Shown here piece after piece: positions 47,769 through 57,829 of a DNA stretch of 64,000 nt (positions are counted from its first letter, which is position 1; each line of letters begins with the position of its first letter). The translations under genes were made by a program, and so were the position numbers. The stretch is from Bacteroidota bacterium (GTDB taxonomy: Bacteria > Bacteroidota > Bacteroidia > 2-12-FULL-35-15). Where the stretch lies: contig JAFLBF010000006.1 in assembly GCA_017303895.1 (NCBI GenBank), forward strand, positions 78,618-142,617. Reading direction: 5' to 3'. Under the pieces are notes generated by a model. That model was not told the origin of the DNA, searched no databases, and saw only the letters and a program-made list of their open reading frames with translations.

Positions 47769-48740
47769 ATGAAACGTATTGCACTTATATTTTTGATCGT
47801 ATCCACTATAATCTTTGTGCGTTGCTCCGGATCGCAAGAGGAAGAGGCAACATTTGAACTTCCTGTAACAAAAGAAGAATTAGGTGGACGACTCTTTCTA
47901 GATCCCATTTTATCTAGTGATGGAAAGGTCAGCTGCGCTTCTTGCCATATTCCTGCTTACGCTTTTGCCGATACAGTTGCTTTGAGCAAAGGTGTGGGAG
48001 GGCAATTGGGTTCGCGAAATACACCGAGTGCAATGAACTTAAGTGCACACGATATCTTTTTTCATGATGGTAGAGCAGAGTCTTTGGAGCAGCAAGCAGC
48101 CGGTCCTATCGAAAATCCTGTTGAAATGAACTTGCCTATTTCAGAAGCGGTAAAGAAACTGAGTTCCAACAAAAATTATTTAGCAGCATTTAAGAAACTT
48201 TATAATGAAGCACCTAATAGAGATAATTTATTGGATGCATTGGCCAGTTTTGAGCGCACATTAGAAACTAGCAATACTCCTTTTGATAAATTCATGCATG
48301 ATGATACAACAGCTATCAGTGAATCAGCGAAGCGTGGACAAAAGATATTTAATATTAAAGGAAAATGTTTCGACTGTCATTTCGGTCCCGATTTTACTCG
48401 TGATGATTTCAAGAATATAGGTTTATATAATGGTAAAGATCTGAATGATGTAGGTAGATATGGAGTAACAAAAGATACCGCTGATATTGGAAAATTTAAA
48501 GTTCCCGGCCTAAGAAACGTTGCTGTAACGGCTCCTTATATGCATAATGGAATGTTTAAAACATTAACAGAGGTGATCGATTATTATAATGAACCTCAAA
48601 AATTTGTTAAGGGAAGTATCAATATGGATACAACCATGTTAACGCCATTAAATTTGACTGATCAAGATAAAACGGATTTGCTGGAATTTCTGAAAACCCT
48701 TACTGATGAGCAGTTCAAGGGTGTAGCAAAAAATAAATAA
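47769..48740 (+). CDS. Dihaem cytochrome c peroxidase (CCP/MauG family)
   Basis: 323 aa. Signal peptide and two CxxCH motifs (CASCHI; CFDCHF), plus a conserved PxLRN motif. Confidence 0.85.
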   Translation: MKRIALIFLIVSTIIFVRCSGSQEEEATFELPVTKEELGGRLFLDPILSSDGKVSCASCHIPAYAFADTVALSKGVGGQLGSRNTPSAMNLSAHDIFFHDGRAESLEQQAAGPIENPVEMNLPISEAVKKLSSNKNYLAAFKKLYNEAPNRDNLLDALASFERTLETSNTPFDKFMHDDTTAISESAKRGQKIFNIKGKCFDCHFGPDFTRDDFKNIGLYNGKDLNDVGRYGVTKDTADIGKFKVPGLRNVAVTAPYMHNGMFKTLTEVIDYYNEPQKFVKGSINMDTTMLTPLNLTDQDKTDLLEFLKTLTDEQFKGVAKNK

Positions 48741-48866
48741 GAATTCATTGTGAATAACTTGTTTTGATTAACAAATATTAACACTTGCTTTTTTTGAAAA
48801 AATGCACATATTTGCAAATCTTAAAAATTAAGATGGATCCTGATAATAGTGATAATTGTAAATTAA

Positions 48867-49805
48867 TTGATGAAAAGAACCTTTTCAATACTTCTTCTTT
48901 TTACACTTTTGCGTATAGCACTTGCTGCTAATACGGATTATCACTTTATTTCTACTGTATATTCTCAAGATACCAGCATTGTTGCCGACACGATTCCTTT
49001 TGTAATGGAAGATGAAGAGGACGAAGAAGGAGAGATGGATGCTGTGAGTGATTCATTGGTTTATTTGCCATCTTCGGATCTTTATTCCAGCTGGGATACT
49101 GCACATATTCATACTCCTAAATTTGATATTGCCAGCTTGAAAGATGATGAAAAAGAACTCTTGCTATTTGCTGAAGGCAGTTGCGGATATTATCATCCTT
49201 TCAATGGTAAAGTAACCAGTGCATTTGGTCCAAGAAGAAAACGCTATCACTATGGTGTTGATATTGATTTGGAAACGGGCGATGGTGTTTCTGCCGCTTT
49301 TGATGGCAAGGTTCGTATCGCTAAAAAAAGTAAGAGTTATGGAAATGTGATCGTGATTCGTCATAACAATGGCTTAGAAACCTATTATGCACATCTTTCA
49401 AAGATCAGCGTTGAGATCGGTCAGGATGTTTTTGCCGGTGATATTATTGGCTTGGGCGGAAATACAGGACGTTCAAGAGGAAGCCATCTTCATTTTGAAG
49501 TGAGATATCTCGGTCAACCGATCGATCCAAGCGAGATCATTTCATTTGACAATCAACAGTTACTTTCTGAAACCTATTGTTTAAGTAAAAAAACATTTGA
49601 TTATGTTGCAGCTGCAAAGAAGGCTGCTGCGAAAAATATTGCATCATCCAAGAATAAAAAGGGTGCTCGTGTGCATGTAGTTAGAAAAGGTGATACGCTT
49701 TCCGCAATAGCACGAAAATATGGTACTACTACAAAAGTTCTTTGTAAAAAGAATGGTATCAAATCGACAAGTATTCTTCGTTTAGGTCAGAAAATTAAGA
49801 TCTAA
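48867..49805 (+). CDS. M23-family peptidase with a C-terminal LysM domain
   Basis: HYGVDID…YAHLS…GSHLHFEV M23 motifs and a LysM domain (HVVRKGDTLSAIARKYGTT…). Confidence 0.8.
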   Translation: MMKRTFSILLLFTLLRIALAANTDYHFISTVYSQDTSIVADTIPFVMEDEEDEEGEMDAVSDSLVYLPSSDLYSSWDTAHIHTPKFDIASLKDDEKELLLFAEGSCGYYHPFNGKVTSAFGPRRKRYHYGVDIDLETGDGVSAAFDGKVRIAKKSKSYGNVIVIRHNNGLETYYAHLSKISVEIGQDVFAGDIIGLGGNTGRSRGSHLHFEVRYLGQPIDPSEIISFDNQQLLSETYCLSKKTFDYVAAAKKAAAKNIASSKNKKGARVHVVRKGDTLSAIARKYGTTTKVLCKKNGIKSTSILRLGQKIKI

Positions 49806-51371
49806 TTAATTCTTTATTACACTCCCGTTTGACGTTTTTCCATTTGAGGTAACATGAATAATGTAGGTGCCTTTCTTTTCAGCACTTATATTTATTTCAG
49901 TAGTTGCTGAATTTGGTCGTTCTGTCCGGAGCAGTTTCCCCTGTATATCATAAATTTTTATTTCTTCTATTCTGGAGTTGCTTTTTGATTCAACTTTGAA
50001 GACACCATTTGTTGGATTTGGAAAAAGAAGAATTTCATTTTTTGAACTTTCAACAAGCGACATCTGAGTTACTGTTGCTGTAGGAGCATGCATTCTAACA
50101 TACCACACATCCAATGAGCCATCGCGTGTATTCGCCCATGTTGCGCTCAATGTATCGTTTGCAATTGCTACCGACATAAAATCATTACCGTCTTGTGCTA
50201 ATATATTATGATAGGCAACCAGTGAATCGGAGATCATGAAATTAGGAGCAAAGCTTGCGGAATCCTTATCGCGATAGGCAGCATAAAATTCAGATGCCGT
50301 TATAAATCCACTTCCACTTGCATTTCTACGGTCTCTCCAGGAAACAATGATGTCACCATCATTATCAAAATCTGCCCACAGCATATCTTGCATTTTTCCA
50401 TTGGCTGTCGGGTCATCATTGATCCTTACAGGTGAAGTCCACGTGCTTCCATCATTATAACTTTCGATCATCATAATGTCAATATCACCAAAAATATTTT
50501 GTGGAAAGAAAAGAACTAAGTGATTGCTGTTTGTTGGATCCGCTATTAATTGGTATGCTAATTTTGCACTATCATTATTGGCAAATGAATTACTTGCATA
50601 CACATTTTTATAAGACATACTTGTTCCATTATTTGTGCTGGACGCCAATATAAATTGAGGTAAGATATTTTGAGATGGAACATAGCTTGGATACACGGTG
50701 TGAAATTTATTATTGGAAGCAACAGTAGGGGTTGAGAATGGCGCTGCGATCAATGATCCCACTAAATATCCTGTACTATCAACGTATCTCCAGGGCTGCC
50801 AGGTAGTTCCTCCATTTGTTGAACATACAAAATAGGGGCGATTCGGAGCGGGGACCCATGGAGCCGGTTTGGTTGTAATATAAATTTTAGAACCATCGCT
50901 CGATACAGAAATGAAAGGTCTGTCAACAGGCAATTTTGTTCCATCAGCGTGCGCATCGATCGCTTTAACAGGAGTACTCCAATTTAATCCTCCATTGATA
51001 GATTTTGTAACATACACACCTCCGGAGTCAGGGCTTTCGCGGTGATCGATATAACTTAGGAATAAGTTTCCATTACTATCGAATGCCATAGATGGGTCAG
51101 CCGATTTATAACTGCTTTGTATGTGAGGCATATTTACCGCACTGCTCCAGGTTTGTCCACCATTAAATGAGCTTTTTACTTTAATGGTTAAACCCGTTCC
51201 ACTGCCAAAAACATAACCCTGCCAGGCAATTACTATATTTTGAGAGTTTGTAGGATTAATAGCAATGAAGGGTTCTCCGTCAAAAACATTCCCGTTTGAT
51301 ATGTTTACATTCTGTGCATGTAAAGTAAAACTCAAGAATATCGAAATTGTAAATAGATAGATGTATTTCAT
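49806..51371 (-). CDS. BNR (sialidase-like) repeat protein with a T9SS C-terminal sorting domain, starting at MKYIYLF
   Basis: At least five S-x-(D/N)-x-G-x-(T/S)-W BNR motifs (SSFNGGQTWS, SINGGLNWS, STNGGTTWQ, STNNGTSMS, SYNDGSTWT) and a CTD (LFPNPTNGVFKVE…GTYIIHVTSNGK). Confidence 0.7.
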   Translation of the reverse strand: MKYIYLFTISIFLSFTLHAQNVNISNGNVFDGEPFIAINPTNSQNIVIAWQGYVFGSGTGLTIKVKSSFNGGQTWSSAVNMPHIQSSYKSADPSMAFDSNGNLFLSYIDHRESPDSGGVYVTKSINGGLNWSTPVKAIDAHADGTKLPVDRPFISVSSDGSKIYITTKPAPWVPAPNRPYFVCSTNGGTTWQPWRYVDSTGYLVGSLIAAPFSTPTVASNNKFHTVYPSYVPSQNILPQFILASSTNNGTSMSYKNVYASNSFANNDSAKLAYQLIADPTNSNHLVLFFPQNIFGDIDIMMIESYNDGSTWTSPVRINDDPTANGKMQDMLWADFDNDGDIIVSWRDRRNASGSGFITASEFYAAYRDKDSASFAPNFMISDSLVAYHNILAQDGNDFMSVAIANDTLSATWANTRDGSLDVWYVRMHAPTATVTQMSLVESSKNEILLFPNPTNGVFKVESKSNSRIEEIKIYDIQGKLLRTERPNSATTEINISAEKKGTYIIHVTSNGKTSNGSVIKN

Positions 51372-51427
51372 AGTAGTTTTTTGTATTATAAAATTAATCT
51401 TTTTTTTGATAGTTATAAAAAACAAAA

Positions 51428-51450
51428 AAGTCCCGCATGTTGCAGGACTT
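51428..51450 (-). terminator. Rho-independent terminator downstream of the endonuclease-I gene
   Basis: AAGTCCCGCA tgt TGCAGGACTT with T/A runs on both sides. Confidence 0.65.
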
Positions 51451-51473
51451 TTTTGTTCTAAATAAACCTAAAA

Positions 51474-53726
51474 TTAATCAATTATCAACTTCTCTGATTT
51501 TCTACCACTGTCTGTAACTATCTCAATGCTGTAAAGGCCTTTGCTTAAACCTTCTAAGTTCATCTCAATAGTATTGTTCCCATTGGAAACAGTTGTTTGC
51601 TTACGAGCAACCACTCTTCCAAAAATATCATATACGTTTACATTCAAATTTTGATTGTTGGATGAATTAAACAATATTTTAAAGTTTCCTGTTGTTGGAT
51701 TTGGTGCGATCAAAAACTTGTCATTGCTTTTTTGATTATCAAAAATCCCAACGGTATTACAAGGAACGTTTGGTGTAGCAATTTTTGTCATCGTGCTGAA
51801 ATCAATATAGCAAACATAGTTTGCACTATCGATAAATGGATTTCTGTTTCCTTGTAATGAATCAACATAATCGTTACGTGCAATTTCCCAATTATCAGGA
51901 GGGTCTTGATAATGCCAAATCTTTAATACATTTTGATCTTGTGCGTAATTAATGGTACTGTTTATTGTTAGTGGCAATGACCAGCTTCCTCCGTATGTTG
52001 CATTTGTATTCGGTGCACCTGCATAAGTAACTCCGGTATAGCAAATTGTTTGGTACAACATACAACGTGCAGCATCACCTTTGTCAGAGTCTCTAGGTTC
52101 AAAAACCGTTTTTCCATTTGCATCCGGTCCAAGCTTACATCCTAAATAAGTGTAGGTTGGAGTGCCAACTACTTCTCCTAATGGATAGTTACTTCTAATC
52201 CCATTTACGTTATTTTGGTTGGCTTGAACGATCATGTGATAGTCGCTATACTCAGGTCGGCTTGTGAAATTAGCATCATTCACTGTTGGCATCCAGCTTT
52301 GACAAAAGGTATGTTCGCGTGCAAAATCGTTTGTTGTCCAGTCAAAAGGCTCCGAATATACTTTGTTCAATCCGCTATACGAGCAGGTGATCACTCGTTG
52401 ATCATTCACTGTATCACGTGCTAAAAATTTAGCAACCATGTACGGACCATAGTTACTATAGAATTGTGTGGTATGTGGATTGATCTTGTTGTGCAGGTCA
52501 GTTACAAATGAAGAAGATGAAGTTGAGACTGTATTGTAGTAATTGCTTGGCTGCATAGAACCGGAGCTCGTTACATTGCCTGTTAATGGAGCTGTTGTTA
52601 AATAATTTCTGAACGTACTTGTTCCATTGTATGCAAATACTGCAAAATGATATGTTGTGTTAGCAACAATATTATTAGGGAAAAATCCGGTCACATTACC
52701 AACTGCTACTACTTGCGATGATCCGATCAAATCCCCTCTTTTGTAAACTGTTCCATCAATAGGAACATCTGTTACTGCAGAACCTGTTTTACGAAGAATG
52801 ATATAACCATCAGGACTGCCCGATGCCGCAGTATATGAACCGGTGATATGATATGATTTTACGTTCGAAAAGGTAAGATTTGTAGCTTGAGCTGTTGGCT
52901 CTGTTGCTAGTGTTCCACCAATTCCATCTAAGTTGATGATGTATGGATTTGCATTGACATCATCATTCGCAATGGTTAAAATAGCATCACGTGTTCCTGA
53001 CGAAGAAGGTGTAAAATTAACAACCAATGAAGTATTACTTTGACCACTAACAGTAAATGGGGTAGCTGTAGCGACTGAATAATCAGCAGCTGCAGGTCCG
53101 CTGATTGAAGCGGAAGACACATTCAATATTGCCAATCCTAAATTATATACCGTGAATGTTACCGGTGTTAAAGTGCTAACAGGTGATGAAAAAGAATATG
53201 TTCCTCCGTTAACGATTGTAGTAGTTCCTTGTTTAATACTTATTTCTTGCGCAGCAGATACACCTGCTGTGATAGAAACATTATCCAATCCAATGTTTCC
53301 TGAAACCTTATTTTGATAGTAAAAACGTACATATCGACTTGCACTGTTCAATGTTTCAGTGTAAGGTGCATAAGATGCTCCGGGAGCAGTGATTGTTCGT
53401 AATGTATTCCATGTTGAACCATTTGCAGATTCCTGGATCAAAAATGTACCACCTGAAAAGCTGTTTCCGGTAAGATCATAAGTTAAGTTTCCGGGAGTAG
53501 AGGCAACATTCACCATCAAAATATCTCCAGTTGCATCCAGTTTATAAGCAGGAGCAGGATTTCCGGAGCCTGTATAGTAAGGTTGACTGGTTGTATTTAC
53601 ATTTGTTTCCGACCATCCAGTTGGTAGGGTAGTGGTTGCAAAATTCCAGGAAGTTGGTAATACTGCCTGTGCAAATGCCGATGCAGTAATTGTTACTGCG
53701 ATCAATAAAGAGTAGATCTTTTTCAT
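51474..53726 (-). CDS. T9SS-sorted extracellular nuclease with an Endonuclease-I (EndA/Vvn-type) domain
   Basis: 750 aa. Signal peptide and N-terminal beta-rich domains. The nuclease region carries AREHTFCQSW, DYHMIV and the highly characteristic LQGNRNPFID ending motif. C-terminal CTD (IAPNPTTGNFKIL…GLYSIEIVTD). Confidence 0.7.
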   Translation of the reverse strand: MKKIYSLLIAVTITASAFAQAVLPTSWNFATTTLPTGWSETNVNTTSQPYYTGSGNPAPAYKLDATGDILMVNVASTPGNLTYDLTGNSFSGGTFLIQESANGSTWNTLRTITAPGASYAPYTETLNSASRYVRFYYQNKVSGNIGLDNVSITAGVSAAQEISIKQGTTTIVNGGTYSFSSPVSTLTPVTFTVYNLGLAILNVSSASISGPAAADYSVATATPFTVSGQSNTSLVVNFTPSSSGTRDAILTIANDDVNANPYIINLDGIGGTLATEPTAQATNLTFSNVKSYHITGSYTAASGSPDGYIILRKTGSAVTDVPIDGTVYKRGDLIGSSQVVAVGNVTGFFPNNIVANTTYHFAVFAYNGTSTFRNYLTTAPLTGNVTSSGSMQPSNYYNTVSTSSSSFVTDLHNKINPHTTQFYSNYGPYMVAKFLARDTVNDQRVITCSYSGLNKVYSEPFDWTTNDFAREHTFCQSWMPTVNDANFTSRPEYSDYHMIVQANQNNVNGIRSNYPLGEVVGTPTYTYLGCKLGPDANGKTVFEPRDSDKGDAARCMLYQTICYTGVTYAGAPNTNATYGGSWSLPLTINSTINYAQDQNVLKIWHYQDPPDNWEIARNDYVDSLQGNRNPFIDSANYVCYIDFSTMTKIATPNVPCNTVGIFDNQKSNDKFLIAPNPTTGNFKILFNSSNNQNLNVNVYDIFGRVVARKQTTVSNGNNTIEMNLEGLSKGLYSIEIVTDSGRKSEKLIID

Positions 53727-53745
53727 TTGTTGTTTTATTTAATTA

Positions 53746-56598
53746 TTAAAATCCTATTCGTAATGACACATTCATTCTTCTGCCCATGCCCATATACACC
53801 AATGCTGATGTAGCATTAAATTTTGTTCCATTCTGAGCATCGGATATATAAACAGTATCTAACAGATTGTTTACACCTGCAGTAACTGTAAATTTCATTT
53901 TCCAATATTTAAAATCATAACCTGCATATAGATCCAATAATCCATAATTCGGCATTTGCCATGATTCACGATCCTTATTGTTATTTACTAATGTTGTTGG
54001 ATCAAAATTGGCATAGTTCTTTGCAAAGTAAGTGTAACGTGGCTTTATATAAAGTCCTTTGATGATCTCGTAGCGGACACTTCCTGCGTATTGAATTTGC
54101 GCTGCATCACCTACATGAACATTCTTAGCGCTGAAATCTACCGTTGCTATTTTTGTTCCGTTTTCATCTGTTACATCAGCTGTAGTGCCCGATGTTGTTT
54201 TCCAGTCGCCAATAGATGCCAATCCTTCTACTTCCAAATTTTTCAAGATCTTGTAAATAAAATCGATCTCGATACCTTTGTGCAATGCATCCAATCCATT
54301 GATGTTATAATAGATCGTTCCATCAGGTCCGGGTACCGATGGTAAACTTGACGGTGGTTTGTTTTCCCATGATGTATAATATAAATTCAGATTCGCTGCA
54401 TATTTTTGATCATGTAGTCCATATCCTGCTTCGATGGCATATACTTTTTGATTTTTACTATCCAAAATTTCACGGTTGTTGTTATCAAAAACAACGTTCA
54501 TTCTTGGAGCCATACTTAAATGTCCGATATTCACGAACACATTATGATGATCATTAATGTTATAGTTAGCACCGCCTTTTAGCGTGTAACCTAAATACCA
54601 TTTTTGCTTGGTAGTTGCATGTCTAGCTTCGGAAGATTGATTTGTATAGGAAGTGGCATTCAAGATGTATTGCTGATTAACTCCGGTTCCAACAAAAGTA
54701 GTGTCGCCACTGTATGAAACATTGTTTGTTGTTGCAATTAAATAGCTTGTTCCGTTGTAGAAAAATTGATCTCCAGTACCCACTACTTGTTCAAATGTAT
54801 TGCCATCAATAACAAGGTCTTTCTTTTTATAATAATCAATTCTCTTATATCCTGTTTCTGAAATAGATGCTGTAAAGAATGTACTCCATTTATCCTTTTT
54901 ATATTCGATCTGTCCAAATGCTCCACCCCACATTACTTTGGCATCATTGTAATAACTTATTTTATCGCCAACTTTTCTCACTGCATTCTGAAAATTTGGA
55001 TCGCCCAAATAGGCACCATTGATCTGATTTTCATCTGAACTATTGTCTAATGCATAATCTGCACCCATTAGATCATAGATTGATTGATAGTGTGTGCCTT
55101 TATAATATCGTGCATCCACCCCAAATAGTGTTGAGACCTTGTCGTTTACTTTGTAATTCCAGGAAGAAAGAATTCCATACCATAGATGATCGTTGTTGCT
55201 GGCGCGTAAATAATTCGTAGCCGGACGCTCAGTCGGACTATAAAGAATAGAAGGATTAGCGTTTAGGTTAGCATCATAAACAGATTGAATGTTCAATTGC
55301 CCGGTTACTTTATCTCTTGCAACTGCATTCTTCAGACCGGTTCCGCCTCCTTTGCCAAGTGACAGGTATGCTATGGTTGATACAGATAATTTATCATTTG
55401 GTGTCCAGAAATGTGAAAGATTGAATTGTGGTTTGTGATAATAGTTTACACGATCATTAAACTGATCTTCATTGCCAATTGGAGGGATAGGATTGCCTCT
55501 GTAATTTACATCATAACTGGTTGTTCCCCAATTCGGATTGTATGCAGTTCCTCTTTCGATCTGATTCCAGGAATTTAATATAGAATCGGAGTTGATGCCT
55601 AGAGCATCTGACATTTTTTTGCTGTATATAGCCAGCGGTAAACGGTCTAATCGCTGTCCATGCTTTTGCGGTGCACCATTGGCACTGATACTGAATAAGT
55701 GTTTATTGAAACGTTTTTGAATCTTCACAAAGTATGACCATGCATCCGTGAATGTTGCATCGGCCCAATTGGTTCCCCATTTGCGTGAACCGGCAAGTGT
55801 TACTCCCCAACCGCCTTTCAATTGTCCTGAATTATAACCGAATGATGTTTTGTATAATCCGTAATTATTGATCTCTTGCTTAATGTTTGCTCCTGCTTTT
55901 TGATCGATCCCTTTCGTTAAGATATTGATCGTTCCCCCAACGGAAGCGATGGCAAGTTTGGACGCTCCCAAACCTCTTTGTACTTGCATTGTTCGAGTTA
56001 TATCACTCAATCCATCCCAATTACTCCAATACACTTGTCCATTTTCCATGTCATTCACAGGAACTCCATCTACCATTACAGCTACATTCCGTTGGTCAAA
56101 TCCTCGAATAGTAACCCGTGCATCACCGCTACCGCCACCTTGTTCTGTGGCGTAAGCACCTGGGGTGCTGTTCAATACCATCGGAAGATCACGTGTTCCA
56201 AGTTCTTCCTGGATCTGTTTTACGGTAATATTGGAAAATGCAATAGGCGTTTCACGGGTTTTCGCTACATCGGCTACTACTTCCACCTCTTCCAGCATTT
56301 TTGTTTTTAATGAAAAATTAACTGAGACAGGTTTGTTGCCTACTTTTACTTTTACTTTTACTTTCTGGGTTTCATAGCCAACAAAAGAAACGGTGACGGT
56401 ATATGTTCCGGAATCAGCTTTAATGGAATAATTACCATTTATATCTGTTACCACGCCCTTTCCTTCAGCGATCATAACAGTAGCACCAATTACTGTTTCA
56501 CCGGTAGCTTCGTCCTTAATGACTCCTTTGATCTCGCCATTTTGGGAAAATACAGCGGTAGAAAAAATAATAAGGAGTAGCGTAAAAAAATGTTTCAT
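53746..56598 (-). CDS. TonB-dependent receptor with an N-terminal CarbopepD_reg-like domain
   Basis: 950 aa. Signal peptide, IKGVIKDEATGETVIGATVMI, plug and 22-strand barrel regions, and a C-terminal …SLRIGF. Confidence 0.85.
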   Translation of the reverse strand: MKHFFTLLLIIFSTAVFSQNGEIKGVIKDEATGETVIGATVMIAEGKGVVTDINGNYSIKADSGTYTVTVSFVGYETQKVKVKVKVGNKPVSVNFSLKTKMLEEVEVVADVAKTRETPIAFSNITVKQIQEELGTRDLPMVLNSTPGAYATEQGGGSGDARVTIRGFDQRNVAVMVDGVPVNDMENGQVYWSNWDGLSDITRTMQVQRGLGASKLAIASVGGTINILTKGIDQKAGANIKQEINNYGLYKTSFGYNSGQLKGGWGVTLAGSRKWGTNWADATFTDAWSYFVKIQKRFNKHLFSISANGAPQKHGQRLDRLPLAIYSKKMSDALGINSDSILNSWNQIERGTAYNPNWGTTSYDVNYRGNPIPPIGNEDQFNDRVNYYHKPQFNLSHFWTPNDKLSVSTIAYLSLGKGGGTGLKNAVARDKVTGQLNIQSVYDANLNANPSILYSPTERPATNYLRASNNDHLWYGILSSWNYKVNDKVSTLFGVDARYYKGTHYQSIYDLMGADYALDNSSDENQINGAYLGDPNFQNAVRKVGDKISYYNDAKVMWGGAFGQIEYKKDKWSTFFTASISETGYKRIDYYKKKDLVIDGNTFEQVVGTGDQFFYNGTSYLIATTNNVSYSGDTTFVGTGVNQQYILNATSYTNQSSEARHATTKQKWYLGYTLKGGANYNINDHHNVFVNIGHLSMAPRMNVVFDNNNREILDSKNQKVYAIEAGYGLHDQKYAANLNLYYTSWENKPPSSLPSVPGPDGTIYYNINGLDALHKGIEIDFIYKILKNLEVEGLASIGDWKTTSGTTADVTDENGTKIATVDFSAKNVHVGDAAQIQYAGSVRYEIIKGLYIKPRYTYFAKNYANFDPTTLVNNNKDRESWQMPNYGLLDLYAGYDFKYWKMKFTVTAGVNNLLDTVYISDAQNGTKFNATSALVYMGMGRRMNVSLRIGF

Positions 56599-56609
56599 TG
56601 GAATTTAAA

Positions 56610-56641
56610 CAAAAAAAGATCGTCCCATTACAGGACGATCT
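56610..56641 (-). terminator. Rho-independent terminator between the lamin-tail-domain gene and the TBDR gene
   Basis: AGATCGTCC cattaca GGACGATCT. A TTTTTTTGTTT run follows on the minus strand. Confidence 0.7.
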
Positions 56642-56653
56642 TTGGGGTTTAGT

Positions 56654-57628
56654 TTATTGTACGGAGAGTTTTACAACAGTGCTTTTATTGTTTTCGAATG
56701 AAACCTTTACAAAATATACTCCACTAGTTAATTTTAGTGTTTCTAATCTTAATTTCTTGTCGTTGTTATTCCCTTTTTCAGAGATCACTTTTTGTCCCAT
56801 TACATTGTAAACTTCAACTGTCTCGATCACTTCTGTTGCAGTTACATTGAATGTTCCAGAGTTAGTAGGGTTAGGGAACACCTTCACTGATACTTGATTA
56901 TCAATATCATTTACCGAAGCTGTCGGGCAGTTGCAAGTATGTGATCCTAATCCGGAATAGGTATTTACTGGTAATGAATCCCATTCTGTAGTAACGATGA
57001 AATAAGGTGTAGGATTAGATGTAACGCCTGACATAACGGTTGGTTTACGAACTAATGTTTGATTGACAGTCCACCATGCACCTGCTGATCCATCGTATGG
57101 GAAAGCATCACTCCAAGCAGTTCCAGATACCATGGCAGGATCACCGATCATTCCAAAGATATCTACATATTGCCAAGAGGTTCCACCATTGCTGGTTTTT
57201 TGCAAAGAAACAGCATCGTTTCCGTTGAAATACATTGCGTAACTGATGTTGTAGTCAGGGCACAGGAATACATCTGCTTTTGCTTGAAGGGCAGAATCTA
57301 CTGCACATTCGTTGCCTGGACAAGGCTGGTTAGCATCACGTTTATCGATCACAATAACGTATGTTTGTCCTGATTGAATGGTTGGATTTCCTAAATTAAC
57401 CATTGCTTGTGCGTTAGCTTCACCGGCAGCGGCACCTGTTCCGTTATTGTAACGTACCAAACGGTAATTATTATTTAATGAAATAGCATTTGGAGTAGGG
57501 TTAAAAATCTCTAATGCTTTATTGTTACTTGTTCCTTCTACATACTCAGAAATGATCAAGTCAGTACACTGTGCATTTGCGATAATAGCAGACGCGAAAG
57601 CAAAAACTGAAAGTAATAGTTTTTTCAT
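56654..57628 (-). CDS. Lamin-tail-domain (LTD) protein with a T9SS C-terminal sorting domain
   Basis: 324 aa. Signal peptide and LTD signature (LIISEYVEGTSNNKALEIFNPT…YRLVRYNNG). CTD (VFPNPTNSGTFNV…GVYFVKVSFEN). Confidence 0.7.
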   Translation of the reverse strand: MKKLLLSVFAFASAIIANAQCTDLIISEYVEGTSNNKALEIFNPTPNAISLNNNYRLVRYNNGTGAAAGEANAQAMVNLGNPTIQSGQTYVIVIDKRDANQPCPGNECAVDSALQAKADVFLCPDYNISYAMYFNGNDAVSLQKTSNGGTSWQYVDIFGMIGDPAMVSGTAWSDAFPYDGSAGAWWTVNQTLVRKPTVMSGVTSNPTPYFIVTTEWDSLPVNTYSGLGSHTCNCPTASVNDIDNQVSVKVFPNPTNSGTFNVTATEVIETVEVYNVMGQKVISEKGNNNDKKLRLETLKLTSGVYFVKVSFENNKSTVVKLSVQ

Positions 57629-57829
57629 GTTTATTATTATTAAAATGGTTACAATTTGTTGTCGAAGTGGTTTCGGATTAACCTCCTTGTAGATAGGGAG
57701 GTCTCTTGTAGGATGATCACTTCTTTTAAAAGACGATACAAATGTACCACTTTTTTCCGTAAGTCAACAGGCAGTTATTAATAGTAATTAACAGATAATG
57801 AAATGGTAACGAAAAAATAATAGCGATGC

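Noticed and set aside
57629-57829. A 200-bp intergenic region with scattered complementarity (CGAAGTGGT … ACCACTT, ACCTCC … GGAGGT), considered as a possible small RNA.
   Set aside because: The stems are short (6-7 bp), distant and not followed by a terminator. It is more likely just the promoter region of the LTD gene.
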